A stretch of DNA of 64,000 nt, taken from positions 148,862,001 through 148,926,000 of the forward strand of contig OX597816.1 in the NCBI GenBank assembly GCA_951406725.2, in the 5' to 3' direction. The notes under the pieces are model-generated. The model was not told the DNA's origin. It ran no database searches and was given only the letters and a program-made list of their open reading frames with translations. The stretch's first letter is position 1, and the number at the start of each line of letters is the position of its first letter. Positions 39,400 to 52,599 of this stretch are shown here, piece by piece. This DNA is from Octopus vulgaris (taxonomy: Eukaryota). The translations under genes were made by a program, and so were the position numbers.

Positions 39400-40200
39400 C
39401 TTGTGGGCTTATCGGTAGAACACCAAGAAAATGCCTGGTAGTATTTATTTTCCTCCCTTTATATTTTGAGTACTATTCCCGTCACAGCCGACTTCGCCTT
39501 TCAACCACCCGGGTCAATAAAATAAACATAAGGTGATTACTGGGCCTTGTGAAATTTTATACTTCTCAAGGTATATGGGCTTGTGCCTATTTTAGGAATT
39601 ATTATTACTACTGAGCAAAGCGGCTATCTGGCAGAATTGCTTGTACGCCGGTAAGAAATGCTTGGCGGCATTTCTTCTGGCTTTGCCTTCTGATTTCAAA
39701 TTCCACCGAAATCGACTTTGCCTTTCCTCCTTTTGGACTCCATAAAATAAGTCTCTTTTGAGTCCCATACTACAAATTTCAGTTCTTGAATGTTAGAAAG
39801 TTTTATTACCGCTGGGTGGTAGAACGGCAATATTGGAGAAGTAACATATAATTTCTTACTGTATTTAGTTTATATCGCTTTACCTTCAGAATACTAGCAA
39901 AGTCAGTTTTGTTTGGATTCGATGAAATAAAGTGCTGCGTTTGAATTGATTAACTATATCTCTCTCCGATAATGTGGTCCTTTTTCTAATATAAGAAATC
40001 ATTGAAATATCGTTGAAAGTATAGATGGTTGCGAATTGACAGAATCGTTGAGCATCGGGAAATTTTCTTGATATTTTTGTTCTGATTCTTAATGTTCAGC
40101 GTTCAAATCTCGCCAGTGTCAAATTACTTGTCTTCCTTCCGAGGTCGATGAATCAAAGAGACAAATACATAGATTTATGACATAGGCTTTGTGTCTATAT
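39400..40200 (+). mobile_element. Head-to-tail cluster of about four degenerate Nin-domain SINEs
   Basis: Family motifs (gaaatgc.tgg..g.att, ttcaaat, gactt.gccttt, gtc.at.aaataa) recur near 39410, 39620, 39820 and 40030. Confidence 0.6.
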
Positions 40201-40449
40201 TAGAAACAATTTTTGTTGGTGTTGTTTGCCTAGATGCACGCATTTCACAGAGCTCCACTTAAAATATAATTTTCCAGAATTACTGGATGGAAAAGTGATT
40301 TTTTCGTGGTGGGAAGTCTTTTTATTAACAAAGGGTTCCGAATTAGATATAAACAAAGAGATATTTGACAAGTGAAAAAAAGATTTTAAGAGTTTTAAGA
40401 AAACACACCTCCACACCAAGAACTATAACAACAATACTTCCGTTGGAAG

Positions 40450-41000
40450 CCATCGATCAATCTCTAAAAGGAAGAAGCGCAAAAGAGAAGTCGCGGGAAT
40501 AGACGAGGAGGATTGTTACATATCTCAGCGGGGCAGGGTATAAAGGAAGTTTCCTATTCCCACAAAAGAGACGTTAGAAGATGTGTGTGGTACTGACCGG
40601 GTAAAGAACATGTCTAATTTTTGTGACATATTACGAAACGAGGAGACAGGAGGAGCTGGTTCGTCACACTTGTTACGGTTCAAGCCGCAGCATATAGGGA
40701 AAAGAAACATAAGGGTCACAACCAAGGATACTGGAAGTGATGTAGACACTTGGGTTATTGTCAAATGGGTGATATAGTATGGACAAGTGTTAAACATTGA
40801 GGTAACTCGCAACAGCACATTACTACTGGTGTTTCTAGAAAACCACCGATAATAATTCCGATGATAGCCAAAGCGAAAGTAAAGGGAACCAGAACCTCCA
40901 CGTTTTCACTGTCATCAGTGCAGAGTGGTCAAAAAGTAGCCCACGAGGATTGAAAGATCTTCTCCAGCACAAGAACAACAAATAATAATTCCTCCTCGTC
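40450..41000 (+). pseudogene. Possible decayed L1/Tx1-type ORF1 relic
   Basis: Interrupted coding-like sequence with YGQVLNIE and a Cys/His knuckle-like FHCHQC; weak and unconfirmed. Confidence 0.28.
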
Positions 41001-41421
41001 TTGTAACGAAAGAGAAGAGGTGGAATACGGAGGGTGGCTAGAAACCAACGAATGTAACAAGAAAAGAAAAAGAGGAAAATGAAGAGTTGTCCTTGTCTAA
41101 AATCTAACAATCGACTGGAAATATCCGGTGTAAGGACATCTGTCGCCGCCCGCAAATCCTGTGTTTTATGGTTGTTCAAGTCAGTAACGAGAACTTATTA
41201 TAAGATGTTGAATGAACTGAAAGAATGCAAGAAGAATGATGAGTTGAGAGAACATCGAAGACAATAACACGGAAAACCAAAATATAAACCACACCAGAAG
41301 TCTGGCTACAGGTAAAGGTGAACTATTCAGAGAATGTAGGAGACTTCGAAGTTCAGCCAAAACCGAAGATGCTAACGGGCAAATTCGGAAAACCTAAGTT
41401 ATAGCCGAAGTTTTAGTTTTG

Positions 41422-41668
41422 TGTTCATTAGTATTTTTCTACACATCTGGAACAAAAAAGTCTCATTGAAAAGAAAGTAAACACACGAAATACAACTATT
41501 ATAATACAATGTGTCTAAATAAAAAATCAGACCTTTTTTGTTTAAGGCAATTCCTGAGCTAGACAAAAAAAAATCATCTGCTTCTTAGACATACATTTCA
41601 TTTCGTGTGTTTACATTCATTTCAATATGGCTTCTTGTTCTAGAGGTGTGGAAAAGAGTTAATGAACA
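41422..41668. mobile_element. Old MITE-like fold-back
   Basis: tgttcatta / taatgaaca, gtaaacacacgaaat / atttcgtgtgtttac and tgtctaa / ttagaca are nested inverted matches. Confidence 0.7.
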
Positions 41669-43699
41669 GAACAACACTAAGTACAAAGAGAAGAAGAAAG
41701 AAACTCAATTAAACAGGCTGATATAGACTTTGTTGAATGAAAAATATACCGATATTTCAACAATAAATTTACACTGCACAAATAAAAGCAAACAAAGAAT
41801 TTTAGCAATATATTTACACGACACAAATAAAATTATTGACAGCAATTCTGGTACTAGTTGTTTTACTGTTTTAGTCAGGAGGGAAGGCAATACCTATGAC
41901 CCTTTGCAAGGCCTCTGAGATAGATGGAAGGGAAAGAAGAAAGTGTCCTCAAACCGGAGATCTGGCCCGAATTCTTGCTGAAAGCACACAAGGTGGTGGT
42001 ATGAAACCAGATAATGAATTAAGTCAACTTAACATTTAGGTCATGGCGGGGTGAGAACTCAGAAGGCGGAAAACGGGAATAAATACTGCGAGGCATCTGT
42101 TCTTACAGCTCCGTCAATCCAGCATCCAAGATTGCTACTCTTTTTATCGACCTCGAAAGGATTAAGGTGGAATCAACTTCCGCAGGATTTAAACATTAAA
42201 CGCCGAGAGTCGGAATAAATACTACGTTGCATTCTATCCGACGCTCTAATGATTCTGCTAATTCGCTGCAATGACATTACTCAGCAACAGGAGAAACAAA
42301 AATGTGGCTGTGACGCTTCCCTGATGAAAGTACCTCCTTGTCTGAGAGATTTATTCAAGAACGAGCATAGAGGAATGTGAATTACTTCTGCTTCGCGAAT
42401 GAGGAAGAGTACAGCCATTGCCCTCACTCGAATACCTGAAGGAATCCTAAATCTGTGTGACTCTCTTGATCATGGTATGTGCCTGGCTTTCAAAACTGAA
42501 AACTAGGTAAAAAAAAATTAAAATAAAAAAAAAACAGATTTAGCTGGTGCCCCGATAAAAGGTAGAATACAACAGGAGGATTACAGCGAAGAACATTGAC
42601 AGCCACGTTGACCTTTGTCTTGTTGTCACCTTTGTAGCATAGTATGATCTGTAGGTAAGCGCTGGCATGATCAGAAATGAAAGTCGGATGGGCTTTTTAT
42701 GAACATATAAGTCTTAATGACTCCGAAGACCACAAAAATATTTCGCAGCTGTCCTCCATTGTGGTTGCAGAAAGAATAATGATAAGGCTGTTTGAACAAC
42801 TGCTACATGTTGATGTAAAAGCCATTTGAATATTTTTTGAGCAGCTGGAAAGGGAAGAGGAGAAAGAGGACAACACAGGCAGAATCAACAACAATACAAG
42901 CAGAATCGAAAATAACTGGTCCCAAGAACTGTTGTTTCCAAAGCATCACCAGTCGCACCACAGGTTGCAGCTCCGAAGACGATGACTTGTGGTCACCTCA
43001 CTCGATATCAATTAGTAGTACAACTCCATCTTGTGACAATGGGAAACACAGGGAGGATGGAAATGAGTGACAAGCGATCGGGAACAGTAGAGAAGAAAGA
43101 GAAAAGAAAGTAGCAAGTAAACCCAAACAAGAAGTAAGTCACAGTACTTCGAATAGCCTACGAAACATTGATGGACAACCTGAACAAACAACAAAATATT
43201 TTAGGAAAAGGCTGCTGGGGGAAACCAGCTTTCAAGCCTACGATCTGTGAAACCATAACCACGTTATGGGAGAAGGAGTATTTTTTTTTATTACTTTTCA
43301 ATATTTAAATAAAATTCAAGTAACACAGTGGAGTGTGTTTTTTTTTTGTTTTGTTTTGTTTTGTGTTGTTTTTGTATCGAAATGGTTGACTTTACAGTGT
43401 TCGCTTTTTTGTTCAGGACTGGATTGGAAAGAGATGGAACGTTTTACATTTGTCTCGAGATGAGTGGCCGACTTTCATTTTAGCAAGCGCTATAGCAGTA
43501 ACCATGGGAATATGAAATTCAACACGATAACAACAACAACATCATCAAAACAGCAATAAAACATCAACAACAATAGCAGAAGTGATAAGTAACAACGGAA
43601 CAGCAATTGTTTAGTGTGAATGATTTTCTCGACCACGAAGAAACGGAAAGCTGCAGGCGTGTCTCAGACTCTCTTCAGCAGATCTTTTTTTTTTCTCTT

Positions 43700-43772
<73 letters not shown>

Positions 43773-44867
43773 AGCAAATATTTTTTTCTTTCGCAATATT
43801 CGCCACCTGATATTCTTGTCTTTCGTTTATTCATTTATTTCTCTTCGTCTCTTTCATTTTTTCTCTCAATTCTTTCAGCTATTTCATTCTCCCAAACACA
43901 TTTTACCACATGCTCTCTCTCTCTCTCTTCCTCTCCCCTCTTTCTCTCTCTCGTTCTCTCCCTCTCACTTTCTCTGACAACAATGTGAAACGTAGCTCAC
44001 TATGTTTAATCAAGCGTGACAACGGAACTGATCTCTGATCCACAGCAATCACACAGAACTACACAGAAACCAATGAATCAATCTTTTCCCAACGCGCTCT
44101 ACACACAAACGGCTCACCTATACACACCGTTACATCCATATCAATATATACACACAATACATAAACCAATATATCAATAGACGTGTTAAAATAAGTGTGT
44201 ATGTGTTAATATATGTCTTGCGTTATGATATTTAGTTATGTTGCTTTATGTTCTGAGTTCAAGTCTCGCCTGAATTAATTCTGCCTTTCATCACTCCGGG
44301 GTCAGTAAAATAAGCACTGGGCGTATACTGGGTCGATTCAATCGATTACCTCCCTTCCTTCTAAATTTGTAGCATCGTGCCAATAGCTAGAAATCAATGC
44401 GTTGCGCGCGCGACCTTGTGGGTTCGTGTATGTGCGCATGTGGTCGTATGTGTGTGCGTGTGTGCATGTGTGTGTGCGTGTGTGTGTGAGTGTGTGAGTG
44501 TGTGTGCAGAAAAAAAAATGTCCTCGTGGTTAATGTATTGAATTGCCAAATCATTGTAACAAAGTTTCTTCCTTATATTGAAGCAGAACAATTTTATTCT
44601 ATATACGCTCAATTCACCGCGCTGTCAGTTCTAGTTACAAGTATTTTTAAAATGTTACCTGCGATAGAACGGTTGCACCCAAAGTAGTAAGAAGGTGGTT
44701 CTGTCTCGTCCGCTTAATGCTATTGAAACAACCAGAGTGAAATAATGCCTACCCGAAGGACATCACAATTTTGTGGAAAATACATACATACACGCGCAAA
44801 CACGCACACACAAACACACACACATAATATACAGATGTTACCATGGTAAACTTTGTTTTTTATATGC

Positions 44868-45110
44868 GCAGGCGTTGCTATGTGGTTGAGAAGCTTGCTT
44901 CCCAACCGTATGGTTTTGGGTTCAGTTCCATTGTGCGGCATCTTGGACAAGTGTCTTGCCTTGTGAGTGGATTCAGTAGATAGAAACTGAAAGAAACCCG
45001 TCGAGTGTGTTTGTATGTGTGTGTGTGCGTGTCTCGTCGTATTTGACTCCCCCACCACCACCACCGCTTGACAAAACCGTTATTGATTTGTTTCAGTCTT
45101 TGCGACTTTT
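44868..45110 (+). mobile_element. CORE-like SINE with internal deletions
   Basis: gcaggcgttgctatgtggttgagaagcttgcttcccaacc...catcttggacaagtgtctt matches the family head. Confidence 0.75.
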
Positions 45111-45243
45111 ATAACTTAGAGTAAAACATGAAAAACAATTTAATTGTGGAAAAATTAAATGAAATGTTTTTTAAAATATTTCCATACTTTTCAAATGCAA
45201 GGGACATTTTCCTTTTTCTTCTCTCTCTCTTTCCCTCTCTCTC

Positions 45244-45274
<31 letters not shown>

Positions 45275-45299
45275 TTCTCTTTTTACTCTTGTAAAGGCT

Positions 45300-48218
45300 T
45301 GATAGTGGGCAGCAGGTAGTAGTCTTAATATTTGGTATGAATTCTTGTTTTTGATTGTTTAAGCATCGGTAGTAGTTGAGAAAGGAGAAGAAGAAGAAGA
45401 AGAAGAAGAAGAAGAAGAAGAAGAAGGGGGAGGTAGAGGCGGAGGGGCGGATGAGGAGATGGATGGGAGATGAGAGGGAGGGGGAGGGAGGGAGAGGCGG
45501 AGGGGCGGATGAGGAGATGGATGGGAGATGAGGGGGAGGGGGAGGAGGAGGAGAATGCGGGAATGATATGACAGTAGTAGGGTGTTGGTGGAATCCTTTT
45601 AAATAGTCAAATGACCTAAGAGTGACCCGTTGTGGTTGTAATAGTAGTGATTAGAATTGTTCTGAATAAATTCACAGGTAGTGACTGTTCTGAATATATT
45701 GTTTTTAATATTTGCGTGGGTATTATTCTGAGGCCCTTGTAATAGTGTCATTTGTGGTGGACGTATTCAAAAGGGGTTTATATTTTGTGATAAAGTGTGA
45801 CTCTTTACTATTGCGCTGACTACAGGTTGCACCATCCCTAAATTGATAGACGGGAAAAATTCTGAAGCTGGGTTGTTTGTTATTGGCGCAAATTTCGATG
45901 TGTTCGCTGAATGCTGTTTTTCTGTATTTCCGAATTCTGATCTGGGATCTATGTAGAGCCATCCTTTGACGTAGACTATTTTTGGTTTGGCCTATATATT
46001 TCTCTCGACACCCAGAACAAGTTCATACATATATCAGGTTCTCCGAAGCACATGTGAAGTTATTTTTCACTGTGAAACGTTGACCCTGTTTGAAAGAGAA
46101 CTCTGAGTCCTCAATTAGATTGACGCATATACCACAGCTAGGTCTTCTGCATGTTTTACTGACGGCTTCAGTGTTGTTGTCGAGCGTACTTGGGCTTGTG
46201 TTACGAGACTTTTCATAGATTTGCGCTGCCTTTTGCTCTTTATGGTGTGCGTTAAATTCATTCTGTGGTCCCTTTTTAGAAGGGGAATGTTCTGGAAGAT
46301 GATGTCGAAGGCTTCATTATTAAGAGGGTTGTGTGTGGAGATGTATGGTAGGGCTTTTGGTTGTAAATCCTTCTTTAATTTGGGATGCCTGGATTCGTGG
46401 ATGTTGAGTTGTAGGGCACGTTGAAAGCATATATTAATTAGTGAGTAGTTCCTGGTAATGAATGTATCCTTCAGTTCATGTAGTCGTATATTCCTGGTGT
46501 TTGTATTAGAAACTACAGTACAAATCCCTTTTGCTAAGTTGAAAGGGATATTCATTCTGATGTGTCTGGGGTGACATGAGTTGAACGGTAGATATTTCTT
46601 GGAGTCCGTGGGCTTATAGTATATATGTGTTTCTATATAGTTATTTAGATTTCTTAATGAAGATGTCGAGGAATGGAAGTTGTTAATGGCTATATTCCAT
46701 CGTAAATTGAACGTTTACGTCCATTTATAAATGCTTGAAATTCTTCATGTCTCTCTATACTTTCATGCCAAAGAAGGAAACAGTCATCCAGACACCTCTT
46801 CCAGTTATTTTCTACGTAGAAGGAGAATGGGTTACCGTATTTTTCTAGTACCTTGCGATAAAGACTGATTTCTAGATATCCCATGACTAGCAAAGGAGGG
46901 GGCCATTCTCGTACCCATCGCAGTCCCCAATTTTTGTCGATAGAAGTTGTCTTTGGAGACAAAGCAGTTATTCTCCAAGATGAATTTTAGCCCTTCTATT
47001 ACCAATTCTTTTTTGATGCGATATGGGAGTTCATTGGCGTAATTCTCTAACCAGAACTGAATTGCCTCTATTCCTAGGCTGTGGGGATATTAGAATAGAG
47101 GTTGATTACATCAAAGGATACTAGTAGGGCGTTTTTGTATATTATTTTAGGGAGGTGATTGAGCATATCTAGGTCGTCCTTTATGTAGCTTTTGCTATGC
47201 TTGAGGAATGGTTTTAAGAGGGTATCTAAAAAGATACTGAGGCGGTGGGTTTCGCATTCGGGACCTGTATAGGTCTCAATTTAAGGTCATTAGGAGTAAG
47301 GACATTGATTATTATGTCTGTGGCTATCCTGCATGCGTTACTTATTTTCTCACTTTTGTATATCTTAGGAATACTGTAGAATTGACTGGATTTACTTTTG
47401 AAGTTGGTCATATTCCTTGTTGGTGAGCTCTTATCTGTAAAGGTTTAACATAGATTTTAGGTCTCTCATTATTTTCTGCTGACTGTAGTGTTGGACCTTT
47501 TCATAAAATGTTGTGTCTTCTTATATAGATAGTACTAGAGTTATATAGTATACCGTATCCATTAAAACAACTGCATTCCCTTTATCAGCATCTTTGATTG
47601 TTATTGTTTTATCATCTTTTAATCTGTTCAGCTCAGCCCATTCTTTTTTGCTGATGTTTGGCTTGTGTTTTTCTCTGTGTATATGTTGATATGGGTCATT
47701 CGAGATGTATTCACAGAAATGGTCAAGAGTTTTGTTCTTACCTTTTGAAGAGGTGTAGTTATTTCTATTTCGGACTAACGATTCGTCCTCGTTGTATTTG
47801 TCGTATAGTTCCTCAGCGAATCGTAATTTTGTACAGAATTCCGCGATGTCTTCTTTCATTTCGTAATAGTTGGGTCGTTGGGGGGTAGGTGTAAACTTGA
47901 GCCCTTTGGAGAGTATGTTGATTTGGTTTGCTGTTAGTTCTTTGTGTGTTAGATTGATAATTGTTATTACATCTGGTTCCTCCTGTCTGTCTGGCTCTAT
48001 CTCATGTCTCTTTGTTTGCTTATTGGGTCTAAAAAATTATTGAGGTGACTGGGCCGGTAGCTGTTATGTAGTTATTCCTTGTTGTTGTGGAGTGCCCTGT
48101 TGTGATATATGGTGCGTGTTCTTAGAAGGGTATTGAAAGGTGTGTCCTTATATCCATGTTCAGATGTGGTGTTTTACGGGGTCGTCGTTGGTAATTATTA
48201 CGTGTGGTACGGGTTTGT

Positions 48219-48220
<2 letters not shown>
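45300..48220 (-). mobile_element. Penelope-like retroelement, near full length, frameshifted (RT + C-terminal GIY-YIG with CCHH pattern)
   Basis: Minus frames: NLTHKELTANQINILSKGLKFTPTP, NISKKEWAELNRLKDDKTITIKDADKGNAVVLMD, FYSIPKIYK, FDVINL, MGYLE, WKRCLDDCFLLW, NIPFNLAKGICTVVS, linker CRRPSCGIC, NLIYV*TCSGCREKYIGQT..R...H...SEH; ORF ends 45723; purine-rich 3' UTR; 5' end abuts (TA)n. Confidence 0.92.
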
Positions 48221-48262
<42 letters not shown>

Positions 48263-48269
48263 CATATAT

Positions 48270-48541
48270 GAGAGTTGTGAGCTCGAATCCCGGACCGGGC
48301 TGCGTATTGTGTTCTTGAGCAAAACACTTTATTTCACGTAGAAATGAGTTGCGACGTCACGGGTACCAAGCTTTATCGGCTGCTGCTTTTCCCTTCACTG
48401 GTGGCGTGGAGAGGAGAGGGGAGGCCGTTATGCATGGGCGACTGCTGGTCTTCCATAAAACCACCTTGCCCAGACTTGTAACTAGGAGGGTAACTTTCTA
48501 GGTGCAATCCCATGGTCAGTGTCGTGACCGAAGGGGGTCAC
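48270..48541 (+). mobile_element. tRNA-derived SINE, 5'-truncated
   Basis: B box gctcgaatccc then ttgtgttcttgagcaaaacactt, shared with 51348-51650 and 61144-61330. Confidence 0.75.
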
Positions 48542-48576
48542 GATATATATTATATATATATACATTATATATATAC

Positions 48577-48620
<44 letters not shown>

Positions 48621-48734
48621 ATATATATACACATTATATATATATTATATATATATACAATACATATAATATATATATAAAATATATATAATACATACAT
48701 ACATATGTGCATGTATATATATATATGTGTGTGC

Positions 48735-48790
<56 letters not shown>

Positions 48791-49077
48791 GTTCTGAGTT
48801 CGAGTTCCGCAGAGGTCGACTTTGCTCGATAAATAAAGTACCGGATGCGTACTGAGGTCGATTTAATCGACTGGTCCCCTCCTCAAAAATTATACCTGGA
48901 GTAGAAAAGAATATATATATATATACACACACACATATATATATATACTTTTCTAACTGTGATCTTATTTTTGATCTTCTATATAAATGAAGATATTTCC
49001 TTCGTCTGACTGCTTTTCTTCCTACAAAGCGAGAAGTTACCTTGCGGAACTTTTATTTTAACAGCTTGTATCTATTT

Positions 49078-49176
49078 ATCACCCGACGAGATACGTCTGC
49101 ACCGCCGGATGCTCCTGAACCAGTTGTTGAGTGTCCCACCCAATAGGAATCGATGTGTCGAAACAATTGTCGTGAT
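49078..49176 (+). ncRNA. Type-I hammerhead motif with long stem-II loop and U4C core change
   Basis: atcac-CCGACGA-gatacg(~58 nt)tgtgtc-GAAAC-aatt-GUC-gtgat: stem I atcac/gtgat, 6-bp stem II with two G-U pairs, palindromic stem III acaattgt. Confidence 0.68.
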
Positions 49177-49221
49177 TAATAAATTCTCGTATATTCTATC
49201 TTCCGTCTTTCATTTGCCACA

Positions 49222-49316
<95 letters not shown>

Positions 49317-49319
49317 TTG

Positions 49320-49520
49320 TATGTCTGTGTTTGTCCTCCCACCGTCGTTTGACAACTGATGTTGGTGTGTTTACTCCCCCGTAACTTAGCGGTTCAGCAA
49401 GAGACCGATAGAATAAGTACTATGCTTACAAAGAATAAGTCCTGGGGCCGATTTGTTCGACTAAAGGCAGTGCTCCAACATGGCCGCAGTCAAATGACTG
49501 AAACAAGTAAAAGAAGAAAA
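49320..49520 (+). mobile_element. CORE-like SINE, 3' half after (GT)n
   Basis: Matches 7070-7250. Confidence 0.8.
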
Positions 49521-50103
49521 GAATATATATGTATATGTGTATGTATGTATATATGTATGGTACGTTTGTAAGCGTATATATGTGTGTATGTGTGGACTTG
49601 GACCCCACTAAAGCCGCCAAAAACCCATGAAGTCATGTTAAACAGGACGACGGAATAAGGCTTACTATAACATTCAAAAATGTGAATTTATCTTATTTAT
49701 ATTTCTTTCTTCAAGTTAATGCATAAACGAAATATTTGTCAACATCACTAATATTATTAAAGCGCCTTTCCTTATTTAGTTTTTCGTTCTCAAAGTTATA
49801 TTCCTTGTGTGAAATTTTTACACATAGTGTAGCAGTATTTGATTAATTAGTAGTTTTGATTGGTTTCAATAATTACCAGAGGTATTTTTCTTTTTCTCTT
49901 TTGTAATCTTGCCAAGACCGGTGGGTATTTAACTAGACAATACTCAAAAATTAGTTGTATTATAACATCTAATGACTGAAGCTGAAAGCAAGAATATGGT
50001 GCATCACTTTTTGCGACAAACAAAATTCGTTGTCTGGAGTAAATAAATGCATAAAATATGTTTATTTATCTCAATTTATGTATAATCTGACGTATATTCT
50101 TTG

Positions 50104-50315
50104 TACGAGAGGTTGCTGAAAAGTTCCTGGATTTTAGGGTATCGCGAAAGGCATGGTTAGAGGCCCAACCTTCCGAGTTATTTTACAGGGCTTAGAAAAA
50201 CTGAAGGACTGCTGCAATAAGTGTGTTAATCTGATAGGAGAATATGTTGAATAAAATCATAATTAACTGATCCTCCTGTATTTTCTTTTTATCCAAAGAC
50301 AGGAACCCCTTCGTA
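50104..50315 (+). mobile_element. mariner-derived MITE
   Basis: Ends TA-cgagaggttgctgaaaagttcctg and caggaaccccttcg-TA; interior encodes GLEKLKDCCNKCVNLIGEYVE*, resembling the mariner transposase C-terminus (G..L..RW.KC....G.Y.E). Confidence 0.78.
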
Positions 50316-50350
50316 TGCTATTTATTTTACATTGTTATCTAATTTATAAT

Positions 50351-50551
50351 ATGTGAGGTATATTTGCCATCTCAATATGGCTAACCACTAAGGGTGGGTG
50401 TTACTGTAGCTTACAGCCCCAGGAGAACATCTCCTCCAGCTGGCTAGTGTGCCTAAAGCCAGCTGGAGGAGATGTTCTCCTGGGGCTGTAAGCTACAGTA
50501 ACACCCACCCTTAGTGGTTAGCCATATTGAGATGGCAAATATACCTCACAT
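50351..50551. repeat. Perfect inverted repeat, 95-bp arms, 11-nt loop
   Basis: 50351-50445 is the reverse complement of 50457-50551; loop agtgtgcctaa. Confidence 0.93.
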
Positions 50552-51026
50552 TGTCGTGCAGTTGCTGTTTATACCTCGTTCAGAGATTTATTATTAATTT
50601 ATAATAATTAATAATATAAATTTATCCCAGTTATTAGTGGGTTTTGCTGTATAGTGTATCAATAATTAAATAATCAATTTGCTAACAACCTCATTGGCAT
50701 ACAAATTATATTTTCCCTTTTACTGAATCCTAGTTTGTGTTCGATATAAATAGCGATAAACAACTTAAATGTTCGTCGCTACAGGAAGAGAGTACAGATC
50801 AAATAGTGATGAAACTAGAAAAAAATAACCGCCTTCTCTCAAGCTCTCAAATAGATAAAAATGAAAGGCTTTTAGTCACGTTGTTTGCATTTTGCAACGG
50901 AATAAATTATAGGCATAACTCACATTAAGAATTTCAAATTATGTCATAAAAGCTAATACAAATAAGTCAACTAAGTACGTCGACAGTTTTGGTATATACG
51001 TGTGTGTGTGCGTCTGTGTGTGCGCG

Positions 51027-51112
<86 letters not shown>

Positions 51113-51347
51113 TGTACATAAGTAGAAATAGGCGTGTTCATGTATGTGAGTGATGCTGGGTGCATTTTCTCGTGGTACCAACATTATGGATGTTGAATGT
51201 CCTCAGCAAGGTTAAAGGATTCTCCAATGTTTACGGGGTTTTTTTTTTTTGCCGACCCTTTACAGAGTGTAAAAGGTGTATTTTATCATAACACCAGTAT
51301 TAGTGAGGTTGTCTTATAACCATCAAAACTAAAAAAAAAAAAGAGTG

Positions 51348-51650
51348 TGAGGCACATGGCTTAGTGGTTGGGGTGTTATACTCACGACCGCGAGATCGTT
51401 GTTTCAATTCTTAAACCGGGTGGTGCGTTATGTTCTTGAGCAAAACACTTCATCTCACGTCGCTCTGCGATCACGTCGACACCTGACGCGCGTGCTACAC
51501 AGTGCATCTGTTCAGACAACGCCAATTTGATGGAAAGAGTGGGCTAATGTACGGTGGGAACATTTGATCTCTATAAACAAATCATTTGTGCGGGGCATTC
51601 GGCAAAAGCTGAATACTCATACGTCGTCTTCGACGGGGGAGTCCATTATG
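51348..51650 (+). mobile_element. tRNA-derived SINE
   Basis: A box tggcttagtggtt, B-box-like gtttcaattct, tgttcttgagcaaaacactt. Confidence 0.75.
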
Positions 51651-51830
51651 TGTAAATGTATATATATATTGATAGATAGACACAGACATATTCATGCTGG
51701 AATTAAATAAGCTGGAAATGAAATTTTAACATAGTTAACAAATTTTATTCTCCACAAATGGAGTCCCACTCTCTTTGTTGTCTTGCTGTTTCCTACAATT
51801 TTATTTTTTATTGAGGTGTGTTATATAAGT

Positions 51831-51864
<34 letters not shown>

Positions 51865-52599
51865 TTATTAACAGTAAAAGACAAAGGACAAATAAACTCG
51901 CAAATCCTCTCATCAGCCATGGCGACCAGACTCAGCATAGTTTCGGTACGTTTAAAGACCAAAGACTTTAAATTCGATTTGTATGTATGTATGATGTATG
52001 TGTGGATGCAAGCGTGTATCTCTCTCTCTCTCTCTTCTGAACCATATATTCATATTGTCTCCTTTCTATCTTTTCTCTTGTCAAAGACAATATTTCTCCA
52101 GCGTTCTCTACTTTACCTCGTCTGGCCTAACGGCCGACCGTGTTTGTCTTCGTTTGGTTTGTTATACGTCTCCACTGTCCTGCTTTTGTTACCAACTTTG
52201 AACCTCTGCCAATACCAAATTCTATTTTGGCTTGCGGGAGCAACTGCTTTTCGAAGTCTCATATTGTCGTTCAATGCTCGGAGTAGATATCAGCCGACAA
52301 CTGATGAAGGGTTGTTTTTTATGTTACTTGTCTTGTTTTCCATTTGTTTCTCTCGTTCTTTGCATACCCAAATTTGTTTTCGTATTTCATATTGTTTTCG
52401 TATTTCGTATTGTTTACGTTTTGTGACGTCCTGTACCCATATATGTATATGTATGTGTGTGTGGGTGTGTGTATGATGTATGTATTATATGTATATATAC
52501 ATATGTATGTACATATATGCATAGATTTTTTTATTTATATTATTATATGATTGAACGCCATGCAACCATTTCCAAGTAACTTTATATATATATATATAT

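Noticed and set aside
44837-44851. RFX X-box-like gttaccatggtaaac (weaker ones at 21771, 43497, 54671) near a motile-cilia gene
   Set aside because: Far from the IQCA1 promoter (outside the window), imperfect, and expected by chance in 64 kb.
45426-45552. G-rich purine tract with a duplicated ~40-bp unit (G-quadruplex/triplex potential)
   Set aside because: Low-complexity part of the PLE 3' UTR; no independent evidence of function.
46023-46025. In-frame TGA in the PLE GIY-YIG domain as possible selenocysteine
   Set aside because: Falls at a hydrophobic position (IYV*TC), not a Cys position; the element has many other disabling mutations and no SECIS was recognised.
52295-52315. Partial hammerhead cores (ctgatgaagg here; gaaacagctgta at 8752; tcgaaacttg on the minus strand near 6705; ctgatgaaag at 42322)
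   Set aside because: Only half of the catalytic core or no consistent stems; at most decayed PLE ends.
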